DNA from: Tubulanus polymorphus
Lineage: Eukaryota > Animalia > Nemertea
Direction of reading: 5' to 3'
DNA length: 64,000 nucleotides
NCBI RefSeq assembly: GCF_964204645.1
Contig: NC_134028.1
Coordinates: 13,439,263 to 13,503,262 of the forward strand
Positions 37,000 through 47,866 of this stretch are shown one piece after another. The position numbers and the translations under genes were made by a program. The number at the start of each line of letters is the position of its first letter. Within the stretch, counting starts at the first letter, position 1. The notes under the pieces are model-generated. The model was given only the letters and a program-made list of their open reading frames with translations. It did no database searches and was not told the origin of the DNA.

Positions 37000-37615
37000 C
37001 AACGTATTTTTCATTATGTGTTGAATTCCATCATTCAACAAATGTCTTTGCTTTATCCAGTTGATCTAAATATAATTTCATATCTAGTTTATTAGATTTA
37101 AAGGTCTTAAATTTTTCCAGCTCCATATTAGCTTCTTATTATAATCATCATTCATGTTAAATTTAGAAATCGGCAACACATGATCAATATGAAAGTATTC
37201 ACCATAATTATCTATATTCATTTTATCATCGAATTGATATATTATCCATGATATGAAAAATTCATCTGAACAGATTAGATAGTGTTTCTGAATGTGTTTC
37301 TTTGTTGAATAATTGTGTTAATCTAGATCTTAAGCATTGTTTCAATCTAAAATTAAGATCTGTTTGATATCTTTCTCTCATATATTCTGCCATATAATAA
37401 TTATAATGTTCTATATTATCTTCTCGATATCGTTTGGTATATAGTTTAAAAGAAGTTTTACAGCAATATTGAAAACCATCTTTGCTAATCTTACGCTTAC
37501 TAAATTCTGTTAAAGCTAATTTATCTAATTCAAATTTAGAACACTTCTTGTAGTATATATTTATGACACCAGTGTTATTTGTAATATTGATAGTTTGTGG
37601 TTGTTCTGGTTCCAT
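37000..37615 (-). pseudogene. HNH endonuclease, copy C, frameshifted
   Basis: ORF 37262..37615 is near-identical to the N-terminus of 5095..5763. The HIDHVLP motif is readable near 37180. Confidence 0.8.
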
Positions 37616-37784
37616 TTATTATACATTTATTATTTTTTTACTAAATTGATTTTAGAAGTTATTCATTTATATGTTATTCATGAATATATATGAATTATTT
37701 CAATAAAACTTTACTAACACTTTTAATGTTTAAAAATCTAACTCATACAAATATAAATATTGAAATATGTTTAAAATATACCTA

Positions 37785-38145
37785 TGTATTAGATACCCTA
37801 TTAGATACCATATTAGATACCCTAATACCTGATACCCTATTAGATACCTTAATTACTTAAAATCCCCTTTTTAAAAATAAATATTATTTATACAATTTTC
37901 AACCAATTTATTTTTATTTTTTAACTAATATATGAATTAGTTTGAAAATAATAAAGGTTATTTATTATTACTGAGGTTTCAATATAATTTAAGTTATTTT
38001 CAAATAATATGTATTAAATACGTATTAGATATGTATTAAATACGTATTAGATATGTATTAGATACGTATTAGATATGTATTTGATACCTTAATACTTAAA
38101 ACCCCCTTTTTTATTTACTATTATTTTATACAATTTTCAACCTTT
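37785..38145. repeat. Intergenic GTATTAGATAC-type short tandem repeats in two related blocks
   Basis: 11-bp units at 37785-37850 and 38030-38090; inverted counterpart of 1560-1670. Confidence 0.8.
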
Positions 38146-38160
38146 ATTACTTTTTGAGTG

Positions 38161-39069
38161 TTAGATAATCACTTTCTGAATCACTTTCATCATCACTCTC
38201 CTCCAATTCATCATCACACACTTATTCTTCACCCTTTTTACCGTATCTTCATAAATAATTGGTTTATTGATATACTTATTAGTCATCTCAACTATATCTT
38301 TATTTTCTGATTTAAGTTTCATAGAATCTTTATTATCAATGCGCTTTCCTGTAACTATATCACCATGTGGGTGCCATACAGCACCATTTTCATTATTATC
38401 TTTATTAGTGTTTGCTCCTAATATTTCATTTACAGTGTTTGATTCTAATATTTTATTAGCATCGGTTAAATCTAATTCATCTTTATTAGGTGTTGCTAAT
38501 AATAAATCTTTATATAATTCTTTACCATTTACTTTTTGATTTGAAACAAACTTTGTAACATATCTAAATGGGTGTTCTATAAATTCTTTTAAACCAACAC
38601 GTTTTATAACATTAGTAATATGTGAATTTGTATTCATATGATTATTCCAATTTGATGGAGCGTTTGAAAATTCGCCTTTACAATAATCACAATAATTTCT
38701 ATTTTCACTAACATTTAATATTATTTCATTATTAGATGTAGAAGGTATTACATTATTAGATGTAGAAGGTATTACATTATTAGATGTAGAAGGTATTACA
38801 TTATTAGATGTAGAAGGTATTACATTATTAGATGTAGAAGGTATTACATTATTAGATGTAGAAGGTATTACATTATTATCAATTACATTACTTAAATTAT
38901 CAACAACACCACTTTTATTATTATCGATTTCTATTAGTTTAGTTTTATAAATTTTGAAAATAGGATCAAATATCAAAGCTATATTACAAGGTATTACATA
39001 ATATAAACCATCATTATTTTCATGTGTATCGATGTATGGAATATGTTTATATACTTTACCTCCTTCCAT
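38161..39069 (-). CDS. Hypothetical Zn-finger protein with a 24-bp tandem repeat (VIPSTSNN x6)
   Basis: Open 302-aa ORF; repeat at ~38730-38880. Confidence 0.75.
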   Translation of the reverse strand: MEGGKVYKHIPYIDTHENNDGLYYVIPCNIALIFDPIFKIYKTKLIEIDNNKSGVVDNLSNVIDNNVIPSTSNNVIPSTSNNVIPSTSNNVIPSTSNNVIPSTSNNVIPSTSNNEIILNVSENRNYCDYCKGEFSNAPSNWNNHMNTNSHITNVIKRVGLKEFIEHPFRYVTKFVSNQKVNGKELYKDLLLATPNKDELDLTDANKILESNTVNEILGANTNKDNNENGAVWHPHGDIVTGKRIDNKDSMKLKSENKDIVEMTNKYINKPIIYEDTVKRVKNKCVMMNWRRVMMKVIQKVII

Positions 39070-39101
39070 TTATTATATAAATTTTTATTAAAGTTAAAAT
39101 T

Positions 39102-40349
39102 TTAATACATAACACTATTCAATTGAGAATTTACAATATTTAATTGCGCGTCAGATATAATATAAATATGCATTTTGAAATTTAGGCTTCCTTTTTTCTT
39201 TGTCATGAATAATTGTATTCCATCTTTAGTGTTCTGTAGTTTTTTTCCAGAACCATGTAATGAATTATCCTCTGTTGTTCTAAAATCTAACCATAATGCA
39301 TATTTATTGCCGGTATAATAATCAATTTGATTAATATTACAATTTTCAAATGATTTTACTTTTTCATTCATAAAATGTTTTCTAATTTCTGGCCACTGAT
39401 CTATCAATCTCATTCCTTGACAAAATATTTTATTTGCTATTCCTTCGATAGTTATTTCTACTTTTGTTATTTCAGGATTATAATAATTATCAACCTTTAT
39501 TGCGCCATTAGAATATGTTGCAATGGTAAAAAATATTAATGTACCTTTAATAGATCTTCTTGGGAAGTTAATATTCTCATTAATAATTTCATCATTTGCA
39601 TTAATAGTTACAGTTTTAAATTTATCAATATAATCATATAATAATGAAAATCCTTGATTGTATTGAGTTTGAATTATACTTGAAATATTTTCATCAGTTA
39701 CTGTGTCATATTCTAAACATATATTCGATAATTTATAACTCATATCTTTATCAACGCTAGATATTACAATTTCATTTACAGGAGCAAATGTTATTTCGAA
39801 TATAACGTCTTCTTAAATTACGTATTTATATAAAGGTGCATTGTTATTTATCAATTCAAAGTCTAATGGAATTTTATATTTGATTCCATATATACTTTTT
39901 ATCAATTTATCTACAGCATTAGTTAATATTGCGCTATTAGCTTCTGATCTTAATTTATTTTGGTTTTCTGATTGGATTCCTTGAAATATCATATTATTTC
40001 TATTTTCTTTAGTTAACCATAAATTTTTATAATGCATAAATAAATTATAATCATCTAATGAGAAAACAGTTTCTGGACCAATCTTTATAGTTAATTTTTT
40101 AATCAAATATCTCCCAACATTATCAACAACATAATTATTATTATTACCGGTTACTTTTATATCGACTGATAAATAAATACTATTTGGAACATAAAAAGTA
40201 TTTTGTGTAAATCGAGGAATTCTAACATATAAAGTTTCATCGGGATTAATATTAGAAGGGTTATGAGTAATTATATGATGTGATCTTTCTGCTTTAATAG
40301 CATTAGATATTCTATGATTTTTCGAAGGATTGATATAACTCCCACTCAT
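39102..40349 (-). pseudogene. Major capsid protein, copy C (stop at 39813)
   Basis: Two in-frame ORFs homologous to 19254..20504. Confidence 0.78.
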
Positions 40350-40369
40350 TTATTTAACAAAAAAATTAA

Positions 40370-41801
40370 TTATTTATTTTTTATCATGTTTACTAATCCA
40401 AAAATAATAGCACTTACAACTGTAATTAAAAATAAAATAATATGTTCAGCAGCAAAGTTAATAATGTTTCCTGCAGATTTCAATATAAACCAACAATTGA
40501 TGCAATAATTCCTGGTAATGCTGCAGCAGATTTTTTAGATAGTTCCCATAAATATTTTGCTAATTTCTTTAAACCATCCTTAACTTTATCTTGTATAGAA
40601 TTATTATCTGGGGGTTTATCTGGTTTATTTCGAGTAGGAGTAGATTTTAAAGCATTTGATATTGCTAAACCAATTGTTGTAAATAGCATAGTTACAGCTG
40701 TTAGAATTGAAAGAATTGTTATTCCTTCTAATTTAAATAATAACTTTATTCTATCTTTTAATGATTTTTTAGAATCTGGTTTAATCAACAAATCTTTAAA
40801 AACAACTTTTAATCTATTAATATTATAATCATATGATTTTAATAATAATTTAATTTCTTCTTTTTGTAATTCTATGTTATATTCTAAATCATCTTTTTCT
40901 TTTTCTAAATACGCATTTCTTTTTTTAAATTCGATTTCTTCAATAACTTTATTATCTCTATCTAATTTTAAAGTTCTAATTTTTAAATCTCTTATACTTT
41001 TATCATGCGCAATTTTATCAGCTTCATTTCTTATACTAATAATTTCTCTAATTGCTTTATCGGAAAGTATATTATTTAAATCTTCTAATTGTTGATCTGT
41101 TGCATCAAGTAATCCATTTGGTAAAAGTTTTTCAATTGGAACTTTATTTGATTTCAGTTTACTAGCTTTGGAAGTTATATTCTGTTCAGAGTTTCTTTCT
41201 GGTTCTAAATTATTATCGATTGTTTCAAATAATTTATTAATTCTTTGTTTAAATACTCTTTCATTTTTAATAATTTCTTCTTGTGTTACATCTTCTGGTT
41301 CATTACTATTTCTTATTCTTTTAATTCTAGATAGGTCTAACTTAAGCAAAGTTGATTCTGCTAATATTTTTTCTTGTTTTTTATAAGAGATATCAATATA
41401 ATAATCATCTTTCGAACGATAATAATATTCACCATCTAAAAACTTTAATTCTTGTACTAAAAGTCTAGCGCCTCTGTCATTTATATTATATCCAGATTTT
41501 TCAAATATAGGTTTGAAAATTATAAATTTTTAGGTTTTAAATTATAAATATATTCATTATATTCTAAATTTTGTTTTACTAAATCTGGATTTTCATTTTC
41601 AGGAGGTATTCTCGACCTAGTTCTTCTATCAAATTCATCTGTTGATGGGGCTTTAGAACCACTATCTGCTAAATTAGAATTATATGCTGATTCATTACCA
41701 TCATCAATATTAGTTTCTGCATCATTATAATCATCATCAATATATCCTTCATTATTATTTCCCATGCCTTCCATTTCATAATCTTCTCCACCTTCTGCCA
41801 T
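40370..41801 (-). pseudogene. Acidic / coiled-coil / membrane protein, copy C, frameshifted
   Basis: Homologous to 20525..21954. Confidence 0.7.
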
Positions 41802-41822
41802 TTACTTAATAAAAAATTAAAA

Positions 41823-43118
41823 TTAAAAATATAATATTCCTCCGATTACAATTCCTATACAAGTTAAAGCTAATTTAGTATTTTCATGGGATTTATTATC
41901 ATCATTTAGTTTAATTATATCATGTTGAATATTATCAGTTTTAATATTTTCTGATGTATTGTAATCTTTTATTTTAGAATCATTATTTAATTTAATATTA
42001 TTAGTTTTAGTTTCAGTTGATTGAATGTGTTTTTTATTTTTTTCACCTTCCATTAATTTTGGAGCAGTGATAATCTTTTTATTTATATCATTCAATCCAA
42101 ATGAATTATTTATTGTTGCAGTTTTAATTAGATTATTATAACCAATTATATTTCCCATCTTTAATACTAAATCATTAGAAATAATAAATAGATTAGGGCC
42201 TATACAATAATTTAATGTAATATGTGATTTATCTAAATAATTTTGATATCTTACAATGTTTTCTGGAATCGATCTATTTTTATCATTATGAATTAAATCT
42301 TCAAATAATACTTTAAATTGTTTCTGCGCATCGAATGAAGTGTTATCATTTCCAATTATTGGTGATCTTGTTTCAACTTGCGCACCTAGAATACATATCA
42401 AATAACTTCTAATAGATTGATTTATTCTTTGTATACCTGATTTTGTAAAACCTTCACCATTTTCTAAAATGAAATTAACCCAACCATTATTATTATCAAT
42501 TTTATAATTATGATAAGCTCCAATTCTATGAATATAATCAATTCTTTTTATTTCATACTCTTCACCAACACCTTGCAATTTACCATGCGCTCTAAAATCG
42601 GAATTAATATTTATATTAAATTCATTACATATTTTATAAAACTTAGATAGATTAATATTATTATCCAATTCTTTAAAATATTTAGACCCGGGTGAAGGAC
42701 ATTCTAATTAATTTAATATTATTCTGATTTGAAAATATGTGTGAAATCTAAATATTGTGTGAATTAATTTTAAATCAGAATACTTCAAATTTTTATCTAA
42801 GTTATTTAAATGATCATTCCAACTAATTCCACATCCTGTTGTTGCACAATAAACAGCAAAATTTCATTGATTCTGCCAATATTTCATATTAGATTTTACT
42901 TTATATATATGGTATTCATCTCGAGTAAAAGTAACTTCATATGTATTAAATATATTTTCCATTTTAGAAATAAAAAACTGTGATTCAGTAACATAAATTT
43001 CTAAATTAGTTAATGAATTTAAAACTACATTTCTATATGTAATATTTTTCTTAAAATCTATTGTAGGAATATTATATTTAATTGATTTATTATATTGGAA
43101 AGCTTTTGGAAACCCCAT
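41823..43118 (-). pseudogene. Conserved Polinton protein with C-terminal TM helix, copy C
   Basis: ORFs 42864..43118 and 41823..42668; C-terminal LALTCIGIVIGGILYF. Confidence 0.7.
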
Positions 43119-43134
43119 TTATATAATTAAAAAA

Positions 43135-43569
43135 TTAATAATTAACTAATTCTTTTAATAATTTATCTTGTTCTTCAACTGTTATATGACCATTTAAACT
43201 TATTATATAATCTAGTGTATTCTTCAATTTATTAATTTCTTTTATATTAGTTTTAATTTTTTCTTTATTACTTTTTATATTTAATTTTGAACTTATACCA
43301 GTTAAAACACTTGAACTTAATCCTAATACACCAATTGATATAGCTAAAGGTGTTAATGGACTGAATATTGCTAGAAATGTTATTACAGAACTAATTGTAA
43401 CCGAACCACTTATAATCAAATAATATATAATTTTAGATTTTAAATATTTTTTCTTTTTAACTTTTAAGTCACTTTCAAATTCTAATATTTGTTTTTCTAA
43501 ATATGTTTTTAATTTAGTTTTATTTATATCATGAGGAATAATATCAATATTATCAACTTTATCTTCCAT
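43135..43569 (-). CDS. Two-TM-helix protein
   Basis: Intact 144-aa ORF with two hydrophobic helices. Confidence 0.78.
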   Translation of the reverse strand: MEDKVDNIDIIPHDINKTKLKTYLEKQILEFESDLKVKKKKYLKSKIIYYLIISGSVTISSVITFLAIFSPLTPLAISIGVLGLSSSVLTGISSKLNIKSNKEKIKTNIKEINKLKNTLDYIISLNGHITVEEQDKLLKELVNY

Positions 43570-43589
43570 TTATTTAGCAAAAAAAATTA

Positions 43590-44012
43590 CTAATTAGTAA
43601 ATTTATATGCTACAAATATTACAATAACAGTTCCACCTAAAATCCATATTATTTCATATTTCTGTTGTTCTTTACTCGGGGTATAATGATCTGATATTGT
43701 AGGTTTATGTAGATGTAATTTTTCTTTATTTGTTACCGCGTTATATAAACTCATTGCATCATCAACTGATTGAAAATCTCTATGTGAAATCTTCTGATCA
43801 TTTAATTCTTTATTGATGTAATCCATATAGTTTTGTCGTTTTTCTCTATATTCTTCCGCTGCTTTATTATATTTCTCTAATGCTAAGTTATGTCTTTTTT
43901 GTTCTGTTAATGAACCATTTTTATCAATATGCTTGAATAAATAACCACCACCAGTAAATGCTAAAGCGTTAACAATTGCCGATCCTATAATAGTTATAAT
44001 TGCAGAAGCCAT
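43590..44012 (-). CDS. Small protein with hydrophobic N- and C-terminal helices
   Basis: MASAIITIIGSAIVNALAFTGGGYLF...IIWILGGTVIVIFVAY. Confidence 0.78.
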   Translation of the reverse strand: MASAIITIIGSAIVNALAFTGGGYLFKHIDKNGSLTEQKRHNLALEKYNKAAEEYREKRQNYMDYINKELNDQKISHRDFQSVDDAMSLYNAVTNKEKLHLHKPTISDHYTPSKEQQKYEIIWILGGTVIVIFVAYKFTN

Positions 44013-44036
44013 TTATTTAGCAAAATAATTACGCAT

Positions 44037-44258
44037 TTATATGGGAGGAATATATTTTTGTTTTTCCAAATAATCAATAGTTAAATTAGATAAAGTAACT
44101 GCTAACGTTAATTTTAAAATATCATTGATATCAAATCTATCAACATTAACACTTCCCATTTTAAATACTTTTTTTAATACCATTGAATAACCAACAGTTC
44201 CAACTGATAGTAATGCGCCATTATATAATCCAGTTATTATCCACTTATTATCACTCAT
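44037..44258 (-). CDS. Small hydrophobic protein
   Basis: 73 aa, TAAATG start, two hydrophobic or amphipathic segments. Confidence 0.65.
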   Translation of the reverse strand: MSDNKWIITGLYNGALLSVGTVGYSMVLKKVFKMGSVNVDRFDINDILKLTLAVTLSNLTIDYLEKQKYIPPI

Positions 44259-44615
44259 TTATTTATCAAAAAAATTACTATCATCAAAATATTTAGTTAT
44301 CTTATTTATGATTAATTCAACATTTATTTCATTACTAGTTTCATTTGTATATATTTCAATTATTATTTTTTTAATATCATCGATGATAAAATCTTCATCT
44401 AATTCATAAAATCTTAAAGATTCTCTAATTAAATTAGTAATCTTTTCTACATTTAAAGTTTCTTTATCTATTGTTGTTTCATACTCAAATGTTGTTTCAT
44501 TAGAAAATGTAATATTTTTGATATGTGTAATTACATCAGTAATGTTAAATTTCATTTCTTTCTCATGTTTAAAATCAAACCCAAAACATATACTCGGCCC
44601 AACAGTTATATTCAT
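44259..44615 (-). CDS. Hypothetical protein
   Basis: 118-aa ORF with a TAAATG start, packed within the gene block. Confidence 0.6.
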   Translation of the reverse strand: MNITVGPSICFGFDFKHEKEMKFNITDVITHIKNITFSNETTFEYETTIDKETLNVEKITNLIRESLRFYELDEDFIIDDIKKIIIEIYTNETSNEINVELIINKITKYFDDSNFFDK

Positions 44616-44630
44616 TTATATAGTGAAAAA

Positions 44631-45385
44631 TTACTCTTTACATCTTATAACTAATTCATATATCACAGGAAAGTTATTCAAATCAATTAAATAACCATTA
44701 TGATTTCTTATTTCTAATTTAAAATTATTGAAATGTGGAATACAAGGTTTGAAATCACATTCTGTTAAATTATAATTTATTTGAGTTCCAAATTGTTTAA
44801 CATTTTTTAACGGTAAAATATTTAGTATACTAGAACTACAAATTGTTTCTTTAGTTGCTTCGAAAGTTTTTGTAGGCTCGATTAAATTGCAATAAATATA
44901 AAAGTGTGTAAAAGGTAATATATTTGGCGTAGTATCAACATTTGAATAAATTCATTTGGATTAACTCCTAGCATTTTAGCTAATGGTTTTCTTACTATGA
45001 ATTTATATTGTTCATTAGTTAACTTTATTCTTATTTTATTAGTACTATTGATTTTATTAAATTTAATGTTAAACCCAACAGATTCACCCACTTTTAACCG
45101 AGCTCTTCTATTAATTTCTTGTGCTAATGTATCTAAATTGTATAATCCTGGTCTTAGAAATAGATGATATTATTTATCCATATTTCTATCATGAATCATA
45201 AACAATCTATGATCAAAACTTTTATCCGATATATTATAAAAAGAATTACATAAACTTATATTAACTAATTTTAAATCTACACAATTCTTAAATTCTCTAT
45301 CTAATTGTACAAGTAAATTATGAGATTTATAACTAGTAAGTTTTCTTGAATCAACAAATATTCTGTATTCCTTTAATTCCGCCAT
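44631..45385 (-). pseudogene. Minor capsid protein (penton, single jelly-roll), fragmented
   Basis: IFVDSR, SFYNIS, RPGLYNLDTL, YIYCNLIE and EIRNHNGYLIDLNNFPVIYEL, a pattern typical of Polinton/PLV minor capsid proteins. Confidence 0.75.
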
Positions 45386-45402
45386 TTATTTTACATATTT
45401 TC

Positions 45403-45756
45403 TTATTCGAAATCTATTTCATGGTGCCCCTTTTCATTCTTACCTTTGTATACGAAATAGAAATCTCCAGAACATAATTCTTCTAAGTCTTCACTTGATA
45501 ATCTATGAAATCTATCCGGTAAATATGTTCTGAATTTATACGTATTTCCTTTTAATCCTTCATATTCTAAGTGTATAACTAATCTATCTCCATATTTGTT
45601 AGTAACTCTATCAATATTTGTAATTAGACATTTCTTATAGATTATTAATTCTTTTAACTTCTTAAATTTATAATCTACTGATTTGACATTTGAAATATCT
45701 TTTATTCTATCTAGAAATGATTTGTTGTTCTCACTGTGCGCTTGTTTACTCTCCAT
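45403..45756 (-). CDS. Small Polinton protein (possibly OB-fold ssDNA-binding)
   Basis: Intact 117 aa with TNKYGDRLVIHL...YLPDRF; homologs at 15779 and 47867. Confidence 0.7.
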   Translation of the reverse strand: MESKQAHSENNKSFLDRIKDISNVKSVDYKFKKLKELIIYKKCLITNIDRVTNKYGDRLVIHLEYEGLKGNTYKFRTYLPDRFHRLSSEDLEELCSGDFYFVYKGKNEKGHHEIDFE

Positions 45757-45785
45757 TTTAATAACATATTTTTATTAAAATTTGA

Positions 45786-46082
45786 TTAACACGTTAGAAT
45801 TCTTTTCATTATCTCGTTCTCTTTTGTTTCTTCTCTTTTAAATTTTAAGTATTCATCTAAATTACAACCATAAGCAACTGTATGAATTCCATCATCTAAA
45901 ATATATCTTTTATCATCCAATGGGTTTAGACTTATCTTTTCAATTTCTTCAATAAATATTTCATGATCTTCAGATCTTAAACATCTCATCTTATGTTTTC
46001 TAACTTCTTCATTGAATATACAATTGATGTAATCTTTGAAATGAATATTCTTTTCTACTACACTTTTGGTTATTCCTTTGAT
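45786..46082 (-). pseudogene. polB: pPolB C-terminal remnant abutting the right TIR
   Basis: KGITKSVVEKNIHF...SLNPLDDKRYILDDGIHT. Upstream sequence is TIR. Confidence 0.88.
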
Positions 46083-46089
46083 GAAATCT

Positions 46090-46425
46090 TCAAAACTATA
46101 ATATATTTTCATAACCGTGTGTATTTCAGTTGAATAATAGAATAATTATTATTATTTGAATATATTTGATTATATGAATTTGTGTATTGTAAATAAATCA
46201 ATTGGTCGCGGAGCGGAGCGGTAGCGAAGTGGAGCGACCAATTGATTTAATACAATATGCTTTTAAAATTTAAATTATTAATATCTTAGAATAAATATTT
46301 AGTTATAATATGAAATACACACGGTTATGAAAATATATTATAGTTTTAAATTACTCTTAATGTTTTGTTTTTTAATGAGCTCGACCGTTCGACCTTTGGC
46401 CTGAAAGCCCATTACCCCTATTACT
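46090..46425. repeat. Right TIR of copy C (inner arm truncated by the pPolB deletion)
   Basis: Matches 7188-7515. Confidence 0.9.
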
Positions 46426-47020
46426 AATATTGAATCTGATCTTTGTACCATTACAGTACAATGTTACGTAGCACTGTTCATTTGCTACCTCGGTGCTATT
46501 CACTGAACCGACAAAGAGTTCATCTTCCGATGCATTACTATTTTCCTCAGTCTCAACTCTCTGTACTTCCCTTCTGCGACATACTTTACGAAAATGTCCT
46601 ATCCCCTTGCATTTAAGACATTCTTTGCCATATGCTGGACACTGGCGTTTCCCGTGACGTGTCCCGCATTTTCCGCAGTTGAAAATGTCAGATCTCGTTT
46701 GCTGCTTCGCCGACGCCAGCTTATGCGTACCTGAACGCCGCTCTCGTGTCTTCGGTTTTTCCCTTGTTGACTGCTTGAACCTCTGACAATGTTCCGCCTG
46801 CCTCGAAAGAAATATCTTTTACTTGTTTCAATGGCAGTTCATTTGCTCGGCATATTGTGACTGCCTTTCCGAGAGTTAGATCTACTTCTCGCAACAGTCT
46901 CTCTTTTACTCTTTCGTTATCATATCCGCATACTATTCTGTCGCGCACAAGTTCATAGTAAAATGCACCAAAATCACAGTTCTTGGCTATCAAAAGTAGC
47001 TCGGTGACATACTGATCAAT

Positions 47021-47318
47021 CATCCTCCCCCGGCAGGGATTCGAACCTGATGGCATCGAGATTGCCACGGCACGAAACCCTGCCATAATCGACCGTGTGC
47101 GCAGATACATGCGCGGTTCAAATCCCGGGTATTCCCATTTATAGGTCTTCCTGGAAATTTGCCTCAACGATTATACAACGAGCAATCTGATTGGTGCTGC
47201 CAGTTTTCGTTCGGAAAGCTGCGCATGTACCTGCGCGCCCGGTCTACTGATGCAGGGGTTCGTGCCGTGGCTGAGTGTAACGATGCCATCAGGTTCGAGT
47301 CCCTGCAGAAGAAGGATG
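47021..47318. mobile_element. 298-bp MITE-like palindromic insertion in gag
   Basis: ~100-bp imperfect inverted arms CATCCT.../...AGGATG. Removing it restores gag ...KSDES|IDQYVTEL. Confidence 0.8.
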
Positions 47319-47713
47319 ACTTTCGTCTGATTTCTTCTTGCGAGTGTTGAATTTATACTTCTCCACTGTAACGTTTTTACGTGGTTCGCAATAGTCATCG
47401 AAAGCTTTCAGCACTGCGACTATTCTGTTGCTATCCGCTACCGACAATTGCAACGTATTGTATATGTCCCTACCTTCTTGACCTATGATATACAGGAATG
47501 CTGAACATTTCTCTGCATCTGTCTTGTCTTTCATCACTAGGTCTAGGTATAGTCTCATGGACTGCTTCCACTTTTTCCATCTCTCCGAGAGGTTTTCATC
47601 GGAGAAATTTAGTTCACACGGCGGTTTTAAATGTTCCTTTCTACTGACTTTTATAGTCTTCCAAACATCTATTTACCCCGTACCGGCCTTGTCTGGTATT
47701 TACAGGTTCGGTA

Positions 47714-47724
47714 CGCTGCCACCA
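47714..47724 (-). promoter_or_regulatory. Primer-binding site TGGTGGCAGCG (probably tRNA-Leu)
   Basis: Directly follows the LTR on the minus strand and is complementary to a ...CGCTGCCACCA tRNA 3' end. Confidence 0.75.
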
Positions 47725-47866
47725 TGTAACATAACGAACAAGTAACACACCATTAACTTGATTCTAGTTTTTTATTTCACTTCTTACTACAGTCTACGTG
47801 GCAGCCATTATCTTACACCACTAGATGGCAGCACTAGCTGGTTATATTCGATCATCTACTGTTACA
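47725..47866 (-). repeat. Gypsy 5' LTR (142 bp)
   Basis: TGTAACA...TGTTACA termini, minus-strand AATAAA and adjacent PBS. No second LTR was seen in the window. Confidence 0.85.

Larger units (their letters stand above)
32761..46425. mobile_element. Polinton/Maverick copy C, both termini present, with a 6-bp TSD (AATATA/AATATT); pPolB mostly deleted
   Basis: AGTAATAGGGG... and ...CCCCTATTACT ends. Removing the element rejoins the Gypsy protease motif IRFNI|DTGSQVNILP. Confidence 0.95.
46426..47724 (-). mobile_element. gag: Gypsy gag (CCHC knuckles), protease N-part and leader
   Basis: LYIIGQEGRDIY, ELVRDRIVCG, LTLGKAVTICRA and CPAYGKECLKCKGIGHFRKVC. Confidence 0.88.

Noticed and set aside
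17845-39815. Stop-codon reassignment or programmed frameshifting to explain split genes
   Set aside because: Stops and frameshifts mostly fall at different positions in different copies and intact alleles exist, which fits decay. The ATPase stops in B and C are near each other but not at the same codon.
1029-41386. Antisense ORFs overlapping Polinton or Gypsy genes (e.g. 1029, 16419, 21030, 27028, 30113, 38267, 40442)
   Set aside because: Shadow frames of the real genes on the opposite strand.
47021-47318. tRNA genes suggested by GGTTCGA motifs (also ~52054)
   Set aside because: No cloverleaf or A-box at the proper spacing; the motifs lie in inverted arms of an insertion.
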